A DNA stretch of 64,000 nucleotides from an uncultured Pelagibacteraceae bacterium (lineage in GTDB: Bacteria; Pseudomonadota; Alphaproteobacteria; Pelagibacterales; Pelagibacteraceae), in NCBI GenBank assembly GCA_902528735.1, contig CABZTP010000004.1, positions 5,204 to 69,203 of the forward strand. Direction: 5' to 3'. Under the pieces are notes generated by a model. It did not search any database and had not been told where the DNA came from. It worked only from the letters and a program-made list of their open reading frames with translations. Each line of letters starts with the position of its first letter. Position 1 is the first letter of the stretch. Position numbers and translations under genes: made by a program. Below are positions 47,851-56,543 of the stretch, in pieces.

Positions 47851-48186
47851 TTATTTAGACCACCAAACTGTATAACTGTTTGGAGAAATTATAATAGGCA
47901 GATGGTAATTTCTTTTGTTATTTATCATTTTAAATTTTATAACTATTTCACTCACAACCCTTTTCTTTTTAAAGTATTCTCCTATCTCACAAACCATTTC
48001 ATAATTACATTCACAATCTTTTTTATTAAGATTAAAAATTTCATTTATTCTACCATTTATGTCTGTCTTTGTATTTAAAAAAAGTTTTTTTGATTTAGAT
48101 GAAAGTATCTGATAAATTTTTATCTTGATGTCGCTGGCATGACTTCCATCTGAACCATTAAGTATATGTGAGGAAAATTTTGCCAT
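47851..48186 (-). CDS. Transthyretin-like (5-hydroxyisourate hydrolase-fold) protein lacking YRGS
   Basis: SSHILNG, TDINGR, YHLPIIISPNSY; ends WWSK. Confidence 0.82.
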   Translation of the reverse strand: MAKFSSHILNGSDGSHASDIKIKIYQILSSKSKKLFLNTKTDINGRINEIFNLNKKDCECNYEMVCEIGEYFKKKRVVSEIVIKFKMINNKRNYHLPIIISPNSYTVWWSK

Positions 48187-49926
48187 TTATTCTATTGATG
48201 ATTTCTCTCTTTTACTAGCAACTGCCGCAACAATTGGACTTAATACTGGTTTAGCTTTTACATTAACACACGCTGTTTTACCACTTGCAATGGCTCTTTT
48301 CAAAGCTGGGCCCAATTCTTCTCTTTTTGTTACTAATTCTCCAAATCCTCCAAAGCCCTCAAATATTGTATGAAAAGGAATATCTCTAAAATCGGTTGCT
48401 ACTCTTTTTCCACTTTCAAATAATCTTTCTTGTTGTTGACCAATTGATGCTAACCCACCGTTATTATCAATTACCACAACAATTGGTTTTTTTTCAAAAA
48501 ATGCTGTTTCTATTGACATACCTCCAGACAAAAAAGCACCATCTCCACTAATTAAAATAACATTTGAATTTGGATTATTATTTTTTGCTGATAAGGCAAA
48601 AGATACTCCAACTCCAAGCATACTAAATGTACCTGGATGTAAAATTCCACCTAACTTTTTACCTTGAGCTCCTGCCAAGTTTATAGCTATCTCTGACCAA
48701 AAATGTGTATTACCACCATCAATAACTAGCCAATCTTTTTCATCCATTACACTTTGAACATCTAAAGCGAGTTGTAATGGGTGAATTTTACCACCATTTT
48801 TTTTTGTTGTCTCAGCTTCAACTTTTAGATCGTTTAAATATTTTTCTACCCAACTATTTTTTTTGTTTTTATTTTCATCAAACCATGCATTTCCTAAAAC
48901 CCATTTGTTGTTTTTTTTTAAATTACTTAAAGTATCTAAAAAAACTCCTGGATCACACAAGAGATTGTGATCTGCCGCTCTATTAAATTCAACCTCTTCA
49001 TGAGAACCATTAATACAAACTAAGGTTGTCGTTTTTGGTATGAAGGGAGGATTGCCAAAATTCATTTGGTTATCTAATCTTGCTCCAATCATTAATACTA
49101 AATCAGAATTATGTAACGCAAACTCTGAAGGAGGATATTGGTGTATATCTGCTAAGCCCATATACGCATCCACCTCTTCACCAAGAAGTTTTTGATGATA
49201 AGGAACATTAAATATGGGAATCAATAAATTTTTTCCTGCTGCTTCTAAGTTTTTCTCAGATTTAGACCACCAAACCCCATGTCCACCAATAATAACAGGT
49301 TTTTTTGCATTGCATGCTAGCTCTAATATTTTTGAAAGATCGGTGGGATCAGGCCAAGCTTTTAAAATTGGTTTTGGCTTATGTGAAAATGGCCTTTCTT
49401 CTAGTCCTGCATTTTCTTCAAAAGAGGAAAACATTATGTCAACTGGTAAACTTAAATGCACAGCACCTGGATATCCATTTGTTGCAATTCTGTAAGCTTT
49501 GTCTACAAATTCTCTAATTCTTGTTCCATCAGTAATACTTGCGCTATATTTTGTAAGAGGAGCTGCTATTGCAACATCATCGATTTCTTTAAAGCCACCT
49601 GAGCCTTGTCTTTTTAAACTGCTTGACCCAGTGATGTAAATTATTGGTGTTCTTTCTCCCCAGGCTTCCATCATCGAAGGAACTGCATTTGCAAATCCTT
49701 CTGGGCCAACCAAACATACAGATGGTTTCCTTGTAATCCTTGTATGACCATCAGCAAAGTGCCCAGCTATTTGCTCATGAGGACAGTTAATAACATCTAT
49801 TTGGCATTCCATGAAACCTTCTATTGCAGGGTTACAAAATCCACCAGATAAAGTAAAAACTTTATCAATACCTTTATCTCTTAAAGCTCTTGCTATTAAT
49901 GCTCCACCTCTAATTTTTTTTTCCAT
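48187..49926 (-). CDS. ThDP-dependent enzyme (acetolactate synthase / 2-hydroxyacyl-CoA lyase superfamily)
   Basis: FTLSGG, catalytic HEQ, GDGAF...NN ThDP motif. Confidence 0.9.
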   Translation of the reverse strand: MEKKIRGGALIARALRDKGIDKVFTLSGGFCNPAIEGFMECQIDVINCPHEQIAGHFADGHTRITRKPSVCLVGPEGFANAVPSMMEAWGERTPIIYITGSSSLKRQGSGGFKEIDDVAIAAPLTKYSASITDGTRIREFVDKAYRIATNGYPGAVHLSLPVDIMFSSFEENAGLEERPFSHKPKPILKAWPDPTDLSKILELACNAKKPVIIGGHGVWWSKSEKNLEAAGKNLLIPIFNVPYHQKLLGEEVDAYMGLADIHQYPPSEFALHNSDLVLMIGARLDNQMNFGNPPFIPKTTTLVCINGSHEEVEFNRAADHNLLCDPGVFLDTLSNLKKNNKWVLGNAWFDENKNKKNSWVEKYLNDLKVEAETTKKNGGKIHPLQLALDVQSVMDEKDWLVIDGGNTHFWSEIAINLAGAQGKKLGGILHPGTFSMLGVGVSFALSAKNNNPNSNVILISGDGAFLSGGMSIETAFFEKKPIVVVIDNNGGLASIGQQQERLFESGKRVATDFRDIPFHTIFEGFGGFGELVTKREELGPALKRAIASGKTACVNVKAKPVLSPIVAAVASKREKSSIE

Positions 49927-49927
49927 T

Positions 49928-51088
49928 TTAATAAGTTGTGTTCATAAAAAGTTTTTGCTCGATTATATCAGAAGAAACCTCATTAATATCGTTTAATCCA
50001 ACCAACCCTAGTGTTGTACTGGTTTCTTCTTTAATTATATCAACTATTCTTCTCAATCCATTTGCGCCATCAGCACCCATTGCATACATAACAGGTCTTC
50101 CAATCATTGAAAAATCTGCACCCAAAGCTAATGATCTCACAATATCACTTCCACTTCTTATTCCACTATCAAATATAATAGGAAAACTATTTCCTACAGC
50201 CTCTCTAATAAATGGTAAAATATTTATTGCTGCAGATGCACTATCTAGCTGTCTACCTCCGTGATTTGAAACTTGAATTGCATCAGCACCCATTTCTTTA
50301 ATTTTAACAGCATCGTCCGAAGACATTACTCCTTTAATGATTAACTTACCCTTCCATTTATTTCTAACTCTTTTTAAGGTTTCCCAATCTGTTTTGCCTC
50401 TACTTTCTTTTCTCTTAAAAATACCACTTCCACTTTTTGATGTTACATAGTTCATTGGTTTTGGTATTCCCTTCAGTAATGTTGAAATTGACCAAAGAGG
50501 GTGGGTTGCAAAATCAAAAAATTGTTTAGGTCCAATTTTAAAAGGATATGAAAAACCATTCTTATCATCTCTTGTTCTTCTTGATAAAACTGGAACATCG
50601 ACAGTAAGAATAGCAACCTCATAACCAGTTTTTTCAGCTCTTTCAAGTAGCTCCATTACAAAACTTTCGTCTTGAAAAATATAGAGCTGTAACCATGAAT
50701 GACCTTCTGAAAGTTCATACATTTTTTCTAGAGTAGTGGTCGACGCCATTGATACACATGTTGGTATATTATTTCTTGCACTTTCTTTTGCCAACATAGA
50801 GTCAGCACCTGGCCATGAGAGATTTGTCATTCCCATTGGAGCAAATCCAAAAGGATAATCATAATCAAATCCTAGAATATTTTTTTTTAATTTTCTTTCT
50901 TCAACATTTCTTAAAACTCTAGGTTCTAATCGTATTTGATCTAGAGCATTACTGTTTATTTCAGATAATTTTTCATCACCAGATGCACCATCTATAAAAT
51001 CGTACACTAATTTAGGCAGTCTTTTTCTTGATAGCTTCTTAGCATCTTCAATGCTAAAAATTTTTTTACTTGCTGTAATTTTATCCAT
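49928..51088 (-). CDS. FMN-dependent alpha-hydroxy acid oxidase/dehydrogenase
   Basis: APMG, WLQLY, LTVD, IIKG, VSNHGGRQLD, DSGIRSG. Confidence 0.93.
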   Translation of the reverse strand: MDKITASKKIFSIEDAKKLSRKRLPKLVYDFIDGASGDEKLSEINSNALDQIRLEPRVLRNVEERKLKKNILGFDYDYPFGFAPMGMTNLSWPGADSMLAKESARNNIPTCVSMASTTTLEKMYELSEGHSWLQLYIFQDESFVMELLERAEKTGYEVAILTVDVPVLSRRTRDDKNGFSYPFKIGPKQFFDFATHPLWSISTLLKGIPKPMNYVTSKSGSGIFKRKESRGKTDWETLKRVRNKWKGKLIIKGVMSSDDAVKIKEMGADAIQVSNHGGRQLDSASAAINILPFIREAVGNSFPIIFDSGIRSGSDIVRSLALGADFSMIGRPVMYAMGADGANGLRRIVDIIKEETSTTLGLVGLNDINEVSSDIIEQKLFMNTTY

Positions 51089-51776
51089 TTAAATTTTTAA
51101 TATGCGTTTTTAAGCTAACCTTATCATGTTTGTTTACATAATAAGCATCATGATTAATTCTTGAAGAATAAACCTCAGAAGGTATTCCGTCAATAAAAAG
51201 CACAGCTACACCATCATCTATAGCTAATCCTTCAGGTAAATTTTCATTTTTAATATCAATAACAAATTGCTCAAGTCTATTATTATCCGAAGCATGTGGG
51301 GTGCAACTACCTGATAATAAACTTATACCTCTTAAGGGACTTAAACTTTTGTTCATAGAGTCTGACAGTATCCAATCAAACCAACATGCCCCACCTGCAC
51401 TTACGCCACCTAAAATTATTCCTTTTTCGTATGCTTTTTTAAATATTTCAACAAGATTATATCTTTTCCACAATTCTATCATTTTGAATGTGTTGCCACC
51501 CCCAATATAAATTAAATCTTTTTTTAACATCCATTCATCAAATCCATTTACACCTGAACAAAGATTAAAATGAGATAATTTTAAATTCTTAGATTGAAAT
51601 CTTTGGTAAAAAAGATCAGTTTTTTCAATATTATCATCACTAGCTGTGGGCAAAAAACCAATTTCTATGTCTGATTTATTAACCTGATTTAATACAAAAT
51701 CGTCTAAATCTTTGTCAGACTTATGTGTAAATCCACCACCACCTACTACTACTATTTTTTTTTTATTCCTGACCAC
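51081..51776 (-). CDS. pepE: Peptidase E (S51) family
   Basis: FLPTAS, YIGGGNT, GVSAG, CTPH, AIDDG; GTG start overlapping the upstream gene. Confidence 0.88.
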   Translation of the reverse strand: MVRNKKKIVVVGGGGFTHKSDKDLDDFVLNQVNKSDIEIGFLPTASDDNIEKTDLFYQRFQSKNLKLSHFNLCSGVNGFDEWMLKKDLIYIGGGNTFKMIELWKRYNLVEIFKKAYEKGIILGGVSAGGACWFDWILSDSMNKSLSPLRGISLLSGSCTPHASDNNRLEQFVIDIKNENLPEGLAIDDGVAVLFIDGIPSEVYSSRINHDAYYVNKHDKVSLKTHIKNLNG

Positions 51777-52978
51777 GGGGAAGGACCTTTTGGAATATCA
51801 GTTTTTAGACCTCGTACAATTTCGTTTTTAAAATCATACATTGGTAGCGTACATATTTCACCTTTGTGAGTCTTGTTGTCATTGCAATCAACATCTACAA
51901 TTATTCCTGGCTTATGTTTTGTGTTATTCAATAAAACTATACCAACACCACATTTTTGAAAAGGAGACCAGGTACTTGAAGTAACCTTACCAATTATTTC
52001 ACTATTTAATTTTATATAAGATCCTTTTAAAGCCGTTCCATTTTCTACTCTTATCCCCCAGCATCTCTTATCTTTATCGGCCGTTTCTAAAGCTGATTTT
52101 CCAATAAAATAATTTTTTTTTAAATCAACATATTTTCCTAAACCTACATCGTAAGGATTTGTGTGATATGTAAAATCTTGACCAGCTGACAACAATCCTG
52201 ACTCAATTCTTTTACATCTAAAACCAGGCGTACCCGTAAGTATCATCCCCATTTTTTTTCCTTCCTCAAATATATAATCACCGATTTTTTCAGTATTATT
52301 ACTTTTTCTAAAATAAATTTCCCATCCAAGTTCATTGCTAAAACCAGATCTACTTATAATTACTTCTTCATTTAATATTGTTACTTCTTTCCAGTCAAAA
52401 TATTTCCATTTTTCAGGAAAAGTTTCTTTTGTTAATATTTTTAGAAGCTTCATAGAATTTGGACCTTGAACTTGACTAACCCAAACATCTGGATCGGATA
52501 TTTTCACTCTAAGATTATCAGAATGAGCTTTGTACCATGAAAATAGATCACCATCTGCTTGTGCAAACCAAAATTTGTTTTCTTCGAGTCTGAGTAAAAC
52601 TCCATCTGTAATCATCCCTCCATCACTATAACAAGCAAATTGATAAGAGCATCTTCCTACTTTTACTTTAGAAATATCTCGAGTGAATATCTTTTGTAAA
52701 AGTTTTTCAGCATCTGGACCTGAAATTTCATAAGGATGTTCTCCAGTATGACGAAATATAACTTCTTGCCTAACTTTCCAATACATTTCATCTGCAGAAG
52801 CATTTGATAATACTTCAGGATTTAATCTTCCTGCATAAAAAGAATATTCAGGGTCATAAGGAAGTTCTTGGTAAGCTAATGGATGTATCCCAACAGTTCT
52901 AGCAAGCTCAACAACTTTGTTGTTATTTACTTTTAAAGGTTTGACCGAAAATCTGACTTTGTTTAAATCGTTTTGCAT
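51752..52978 (-). CDS. GcvT/DmdA-fold THF-dependent methyltransferase, atypical
   Basis: EISGPDA, GGMITDG, QVQGP, SRSGFSNELGWEIY, RIESG. Confidence 0.88.
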   Translation of the reverse strand: MQNDLNKVRFSVKPLKVNNNKVVELARTVGIHPLAYQELPYDPEYSFYAGRLNPEVLSNASADEMYWKVRQEVIFRHTGEHPYEISGPDAEKLLQKIFTRDISKVKVGRCSYQFACYSDGGMITDGVLLRLEENKFWFAQADGDLFSWYKAHSDNLRVKISDPDVWVSQVQGPNSMKLLKILTKETFPEKWKYFDWKEVTILNEEVIISRSGFSNELGWEIYFRKSNNTEKIGDYIFEEGKKMGMILTGTPGFRCKRIESGLLSAGQDFTYHTNPYDVGLGKYVDLKKNYFIGKSALETADKDKRCWGIRVENGTALKGSYIKLNSEIIGKVTSSTWSPFQKCGVGIVLLNNTKHKPGIIVDVDCNDNKTHKGEICTLPMYDFKNEIVRGLKTDIPKGPSPWSGIKKK

Positions 52979-52993
52979 TTATATATATAAAAA

Positions 52994-53022
52994 AGTGTAT
53001 ATTAATTAAAATATCTATTCAA
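52994..53022 (-). promoter_or_regulatory. Sigma70-type promoter of the leftward enzyme operon
   Basis: TTGAAT-17 bp-TACACT on the minus strand, 15 nt before ATG 52978. Confidence 0.55.
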
Positions 53023-53118
53023 TTAGTAGATGAATCACTACATTTTGCATGTTGTTATCTAGTTCTGGAATTGTTATCTTTTTAATTATTTAAACAACTT
53101 AAGAAAAAGAGGGAACTT

Positions 53119-54606
53119 ATGAAATACATACTTAAAGTTTTTTCAGCGACATTTATGTCTCTGATTTTATCTTTTTCTATTGCCAATGCATCAAGTGGAG
53201 TATTTAAAGTGTCACATGATCTTGGGTTTGGAAAAGATACTAACTTAGATGCCATAACTAAAGGGCGTTTATTTCAAGTTGTCATCAAAACACAAAACCG
53301 ATTAGTCAGACCTGATATGAATGGTGTTCCATCACCTTCATTATCAACTGATTGGAGTGCAAATTCTGATGCAACTGAGTGGACATTTAATTTAAGAAAA
53401 GGAATATACTTCCATGATGGATCAGCATTTGATGCTCCTGATGTAAAATATTCTTTAATGAGAGCAAAAGATCCAGATATCGGATCTCCGGTAAGAAAAA
53501 GTTTAAATGTTGTAGAAGATATTGAAGTGGTTAATCAACATACAGTTAAAATGAAGTTATCTACTTCATTTGCAGATTTTCCATTATTATTAACTGATTA
53601 CAGATTAAGAATGATACCTGAAGGATCAGGTGATACTATAGGTCAAACTGGAGTAGGAACAGGACCATTCATGGTTGATAAGTTTGACCCAGAGGGAACA
53701 ACAATTCTTAAAGCTAACCCAGAATATTGGGAAGGCGCACCGGGAGTAGCAGAAATACATGTAATTGCAATTCCAGACGCCCAAGCTAGAATTCAAGCTC
53801 TTTTAACTGGCCAGATTGACATGAACAGATATGTTCCTTTCAATCAAAAGAAGATTTTTGATAGTAACTCTAAGTTTACAACAACTGTAATTCCTACAGG
53901 AAACTGGAGAGGAATGGTTATGAGAACCGATACTGCTCCGTTTGATAATCCTAAAGTAAGAAAAGCAGTAAGGTTAGCAGTTGATAGACAAGAACTAGTT
54001 GATTTAGTAATGGGTGGTGCAGCCACTGTATCTTGCGATACTCCTGTTATGCCATCAGATCAATACCGTTTAAATATGGATTGTCCTCAAAATATTAGTA
54101 AAGCAAAAAATCTACTAAGAGAAGCGGGATATCCAAACGGAGTTGAACTAACAGTTTACCCTGCAACATTAGAACCAACTTGGCCTACAATTGCAGAAGT
54201 AGTTCAACAACAAGTTGCTAAAGCTGGAATTAAAGTTAACATTGAAATGGTTCCATCAAAAGGTTATTGGAATGAAGTCTGGATGAAAAAACCAGTTTCA
54301 ATGACACGTTGGAATCAAAGACCTGCAGATACAATCTTGCATGAAGCATATCATAGTGGAGCAAAATGGAATGAATCTTATTTCAAAAATGCTGACTTTG
54401 ATAAAAATTTAGCTGATGCTAGAAGTGAGTTAGATTTCAATAAACGAAAGAAAGCATATCAAAATGCTCAAATGACTTTATGGGAACAAAGTGGAACTAT
54501 GATCCCATACCATGTATCAAGACTTGTTGTAACATCATCAAAAGTTAAAAATCTTGATGCTGTAGACCACTTTTCTATACAATGGCACAAAGTCAAAGTT
54601 GACTAA
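53119..54606 (+). CDS. Opp/Dpp/Nik-family (class 5) substrate-binding protein
   Basis: Signal peptide, WTFNLRKG..FHDG, GTGPF, KVRKA, WNES; SD GAGGG. Confidence 0.93.
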   Translation: MKYILKVFSATFMSLILSFSIANASSGVFKVSHDLGFGKDTNLDAITKGRLFQVVIKTQNRLVRPDMNGVPSPSLSTDWSANSDATEWTFNLRKGIYFHDGSAFDAPDVKYSLMRAKDPDIGSPVRKSLNVVEDIEVVNQHTVKMKLSTSFADFPLLLTDYRLRMIPEGSGDTIGQTGVGTGPFMVDKFDPEGTTILKANPEYWEGAPGVAEIHVIAIPDAQARIQALLTGQIDMNRYVPFNQKKIFDSNSKFTTTVIPTGNWRGMVMRTDTAPFDNPKVRKAVRLAVDRQELVDLVMGGAATVSCDTPVMPSDQYRLNMDCPQNISKAKNLLREAGYPNGVELTVYPATLEPTWPTIAEVVQQQVAKAGIKVNIEMVPSKGYWNEVWMKKPVSMTRWNQRPADTILHEAYHSGAKWNESYFKNADFDKNLADARSELDFNKRKKAYQNAQMTLWEQSGTMIPYHVSRLVVTSSKVKNLDAVDHFSIQWHKVKVD

Positions 54607-54614
54607 AAGTATTT

Positions 54615-54650
54615 AAATAAAGGCCGCATATAAGCGGCCTTTATTTTATT
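54615..54650 (+). terminator. Intra-operon hairpin/terminator after the binding-protein gene
   Basis: AAATAAAGGCCGC-ATATAA-GCGGCCTTTATTT. Confidence 0.85.
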
Positions 54651-54691
54651 TCTATTTAATTGATTTTTGTTAAAAAGTTTTAGTTAATCTT

Positions 54692-55648
54692 ATGCTTTTA
54701 TTAATTTTAAAGAGAATTGGACTAGGACTTATCACATTATTTATAGTTTCATTAATTACGTTTGTTGGTGTTGAAGTTTTACCAGGAGACGCTTGTACTA
54801 CTTATTTAGAGAGAGAAGCATATGGCCCTGCTCTTGATGCATGTGTAAAAAGACTTGGATTAGATATTCCATCATATCAAAGGTATTTAGATTGGGCTGC
54901 TAATGTTGTCAGAGGTGATTTTGGATATTCTCTAAGTGGAGAAATGCCTATAAATGAGGTACTTGGACCTAGAGTAAAAAATTCACTAGTTTTAGCCTCC
55001 GTTTCAATACTTATTGGAATTCCACTAGCCATAGTATTGGGGATTATCACTGCTCTTTGGAGAGATAAGCTTCCAGATATTATAATTTCAACAATAACAA
55101 TATTTTCAATGACTATTCCAGAATTTATTAGTGCTACATTGTTGATTTTAATCGTTGCTATTTGGCTTGGATGGTTGCCTGGAATTGTGATTATTCCATC
55201 TGATGCAACATTTTATGAATTACTTTCAAACATTATTCTCCCTGTTGTTGCTATATCAATGATAATGACAGCACACATGGCAAGAATGGTTCGTTCAAGC
55301 GTCATTCAAGTAATGGCAAGTGATTATGTACAAATGGCGACTTTAAAAGGTGTCCCTTATTGGAAAATGGTTTTCAGACATGTTTTACCAAATGCATTAT
55401 TACCAGCAATAAATGTTGTGGCATTAACTATAGCATGGTTATTAGGTGGTGTGGTAGTGACTGAGGTTGTTTTTAATTACCCTGGACTAGGAAGATTGGT
55501 AATAGAATCTATTTCTAATAGAGATTTACCAGTTGTTCAAGCGTTAGCAATAATACTTGCATCAATCTATGTTGGTATCAATTTAATTGCAGATTTAATG
55601 ACATTAATGCTCAACCCAAGACTAAAAAGTTTACAAATAAAAAAATAA
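54692..55648 (+). CDS. Opp/Dpp-type permease (B)
   Basis: GDFGYS, DYVQMATLKG, EVVFNYPGLG, NRDLPVVQ. Confidence 0.93.
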   Translation: MLLLILKRIGLGLITLFIVSLITFVGVEVLPGDACTTYLEREAYGPALDACVKRLGLDIPSYQRYLDWAANVVRGDFGYSLSGEMPINEVLGPRVKNSLVLASVSILIGIPLAIVLGIITALWRDKLPDIIISTITIFSMTIPEFISATLLILIVAIWLGWLPGIVIIPSDATFYELLSNIILPVVAISMIMTAHMARMVRSSVIQVMASDYVQMATLKGVPYWKMVFRHVLPNALLPAINVVALTIAWLLGGVVVTEVVFNYPGLGRLVIESISNRDLPVVQALAIILASIYVGINLIADLMTLMLNPRLKSLQIKK

Positions 55649-55649
55649 T

Positions 55650-56543
55650 ATGCAAAGTGATTTAGCAACAAATAATAAACAAAAAAATAACTTTGAAAAA
55701 GTTTTAGAAATTTTAAAAACTATGGCTTCAAAGCCTTCAGGTTTTATTGGACTTTCAATTCTTATATTTCATATATTATTAGCATTAATGAGTCCATATA
55801 TTGCACCTTATGATTACAAAGCGATTAGTCCAAATACAATGCTGCTTGCACCTTCAGCTGAACACTGGTTTGGGACAGATAGTTTAGGGAGAGATGTTTT
55901 TACAAGAACCATACTAGGTGGCAGAACTGCACTTACTGTTACTTTCTTTGGTTCGCTAATTGCTCTTTTATGGGGAGGTCTATTAGGTATCTTTTGTGGA
56001 TTAGTTGGAGGAAAAATTGACGATGTAGTTATGAGAGTTGTAGATGCATTTCTATCAATTCCATGGATACTTGCAATGTTGTTAATTGTTTCTCTTTTAG
56101 GAACATCTACCCAAGTATTAATACCTGCTCTAGGTTTTTTTTATGGTAAAGGAATTGTTAGAGTCGCAAGAGCAGCCACACATGATGTCATTGCCAAAGA
56201 TTTTATAGTTTCAGCTAGAGCTAGAGGTCATAGTAATATGTCTATTATATGGAATGAAATTATCCCAAATGTTAGAGATGCAATATTAGTTGAAGGGGCA
56301 ATGAGATGGTCATGGATGTTATTAGGTTTTAGTTCATTATCTTTTTTAGGTTTTGGTGTTAGCCCTCCAACACCAGACTGGGGTTTGATGATATCGAATG
56401 CGAGAGGACTAATGTCATTTGCATATTGGTCAGTAATAGCTCCAATTGTAGGATTAAGCTCTTTAATTATTGGCATCAATTTAACTGCTGATGCATTTGC
56501 AAAGGCATTAGGAATTGATCGATCAACTAAAGCACCTGTATAA
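55650..56543 (+). CDS. Opp/Dpp-type permease (C)
   Basis: HWFGTDSLGRD, LSFLGFG..PPTPDWG. Confidence 0.93.
   Translation: MQSDLATNNKQKNNFEKVLEILKTMASKPSGFIGLSILIFHILLALMSPYIAPYDYKAISPNTMLLAPSAEHWFGTDSLGRDVFTRTILGGRTALTVTFFGSLIALLWGGLLGIFCGLVGGKIDDVVMRVVDAFLSIPWILAMLLIVSLLGTSTQVLIPALGFFYGKGIVRVARAATHDVIAKDFIVSARARGHSNMSIIWNEIIPNVRDAILVEGAMRWSWMLLGFSSLSFLGFGVSPPTPDWGLMISNARGLMSFAYWSVIAPIVGLSSLIIGINLTADAFAKALGIDRSTKAPV

Noticed and set aside
47851-48186. Calling this gene uraH/hiuH and the cassette purine catabolism
   Set aside because: YRGS is missing and there are no other purine genes.
48187-49926. Calling the ThDP enzyme ilvB/ilvI
   Set aside because: No regulatory subunit or ilvC nearby, and the context is catabolic.
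51752-52978. Glycine cleavage T protein or TMAO demethylase
   Set aside because: No gcvH/gcvP, no N-terminal Tdm domain, and the motifs diverge from GcvT.
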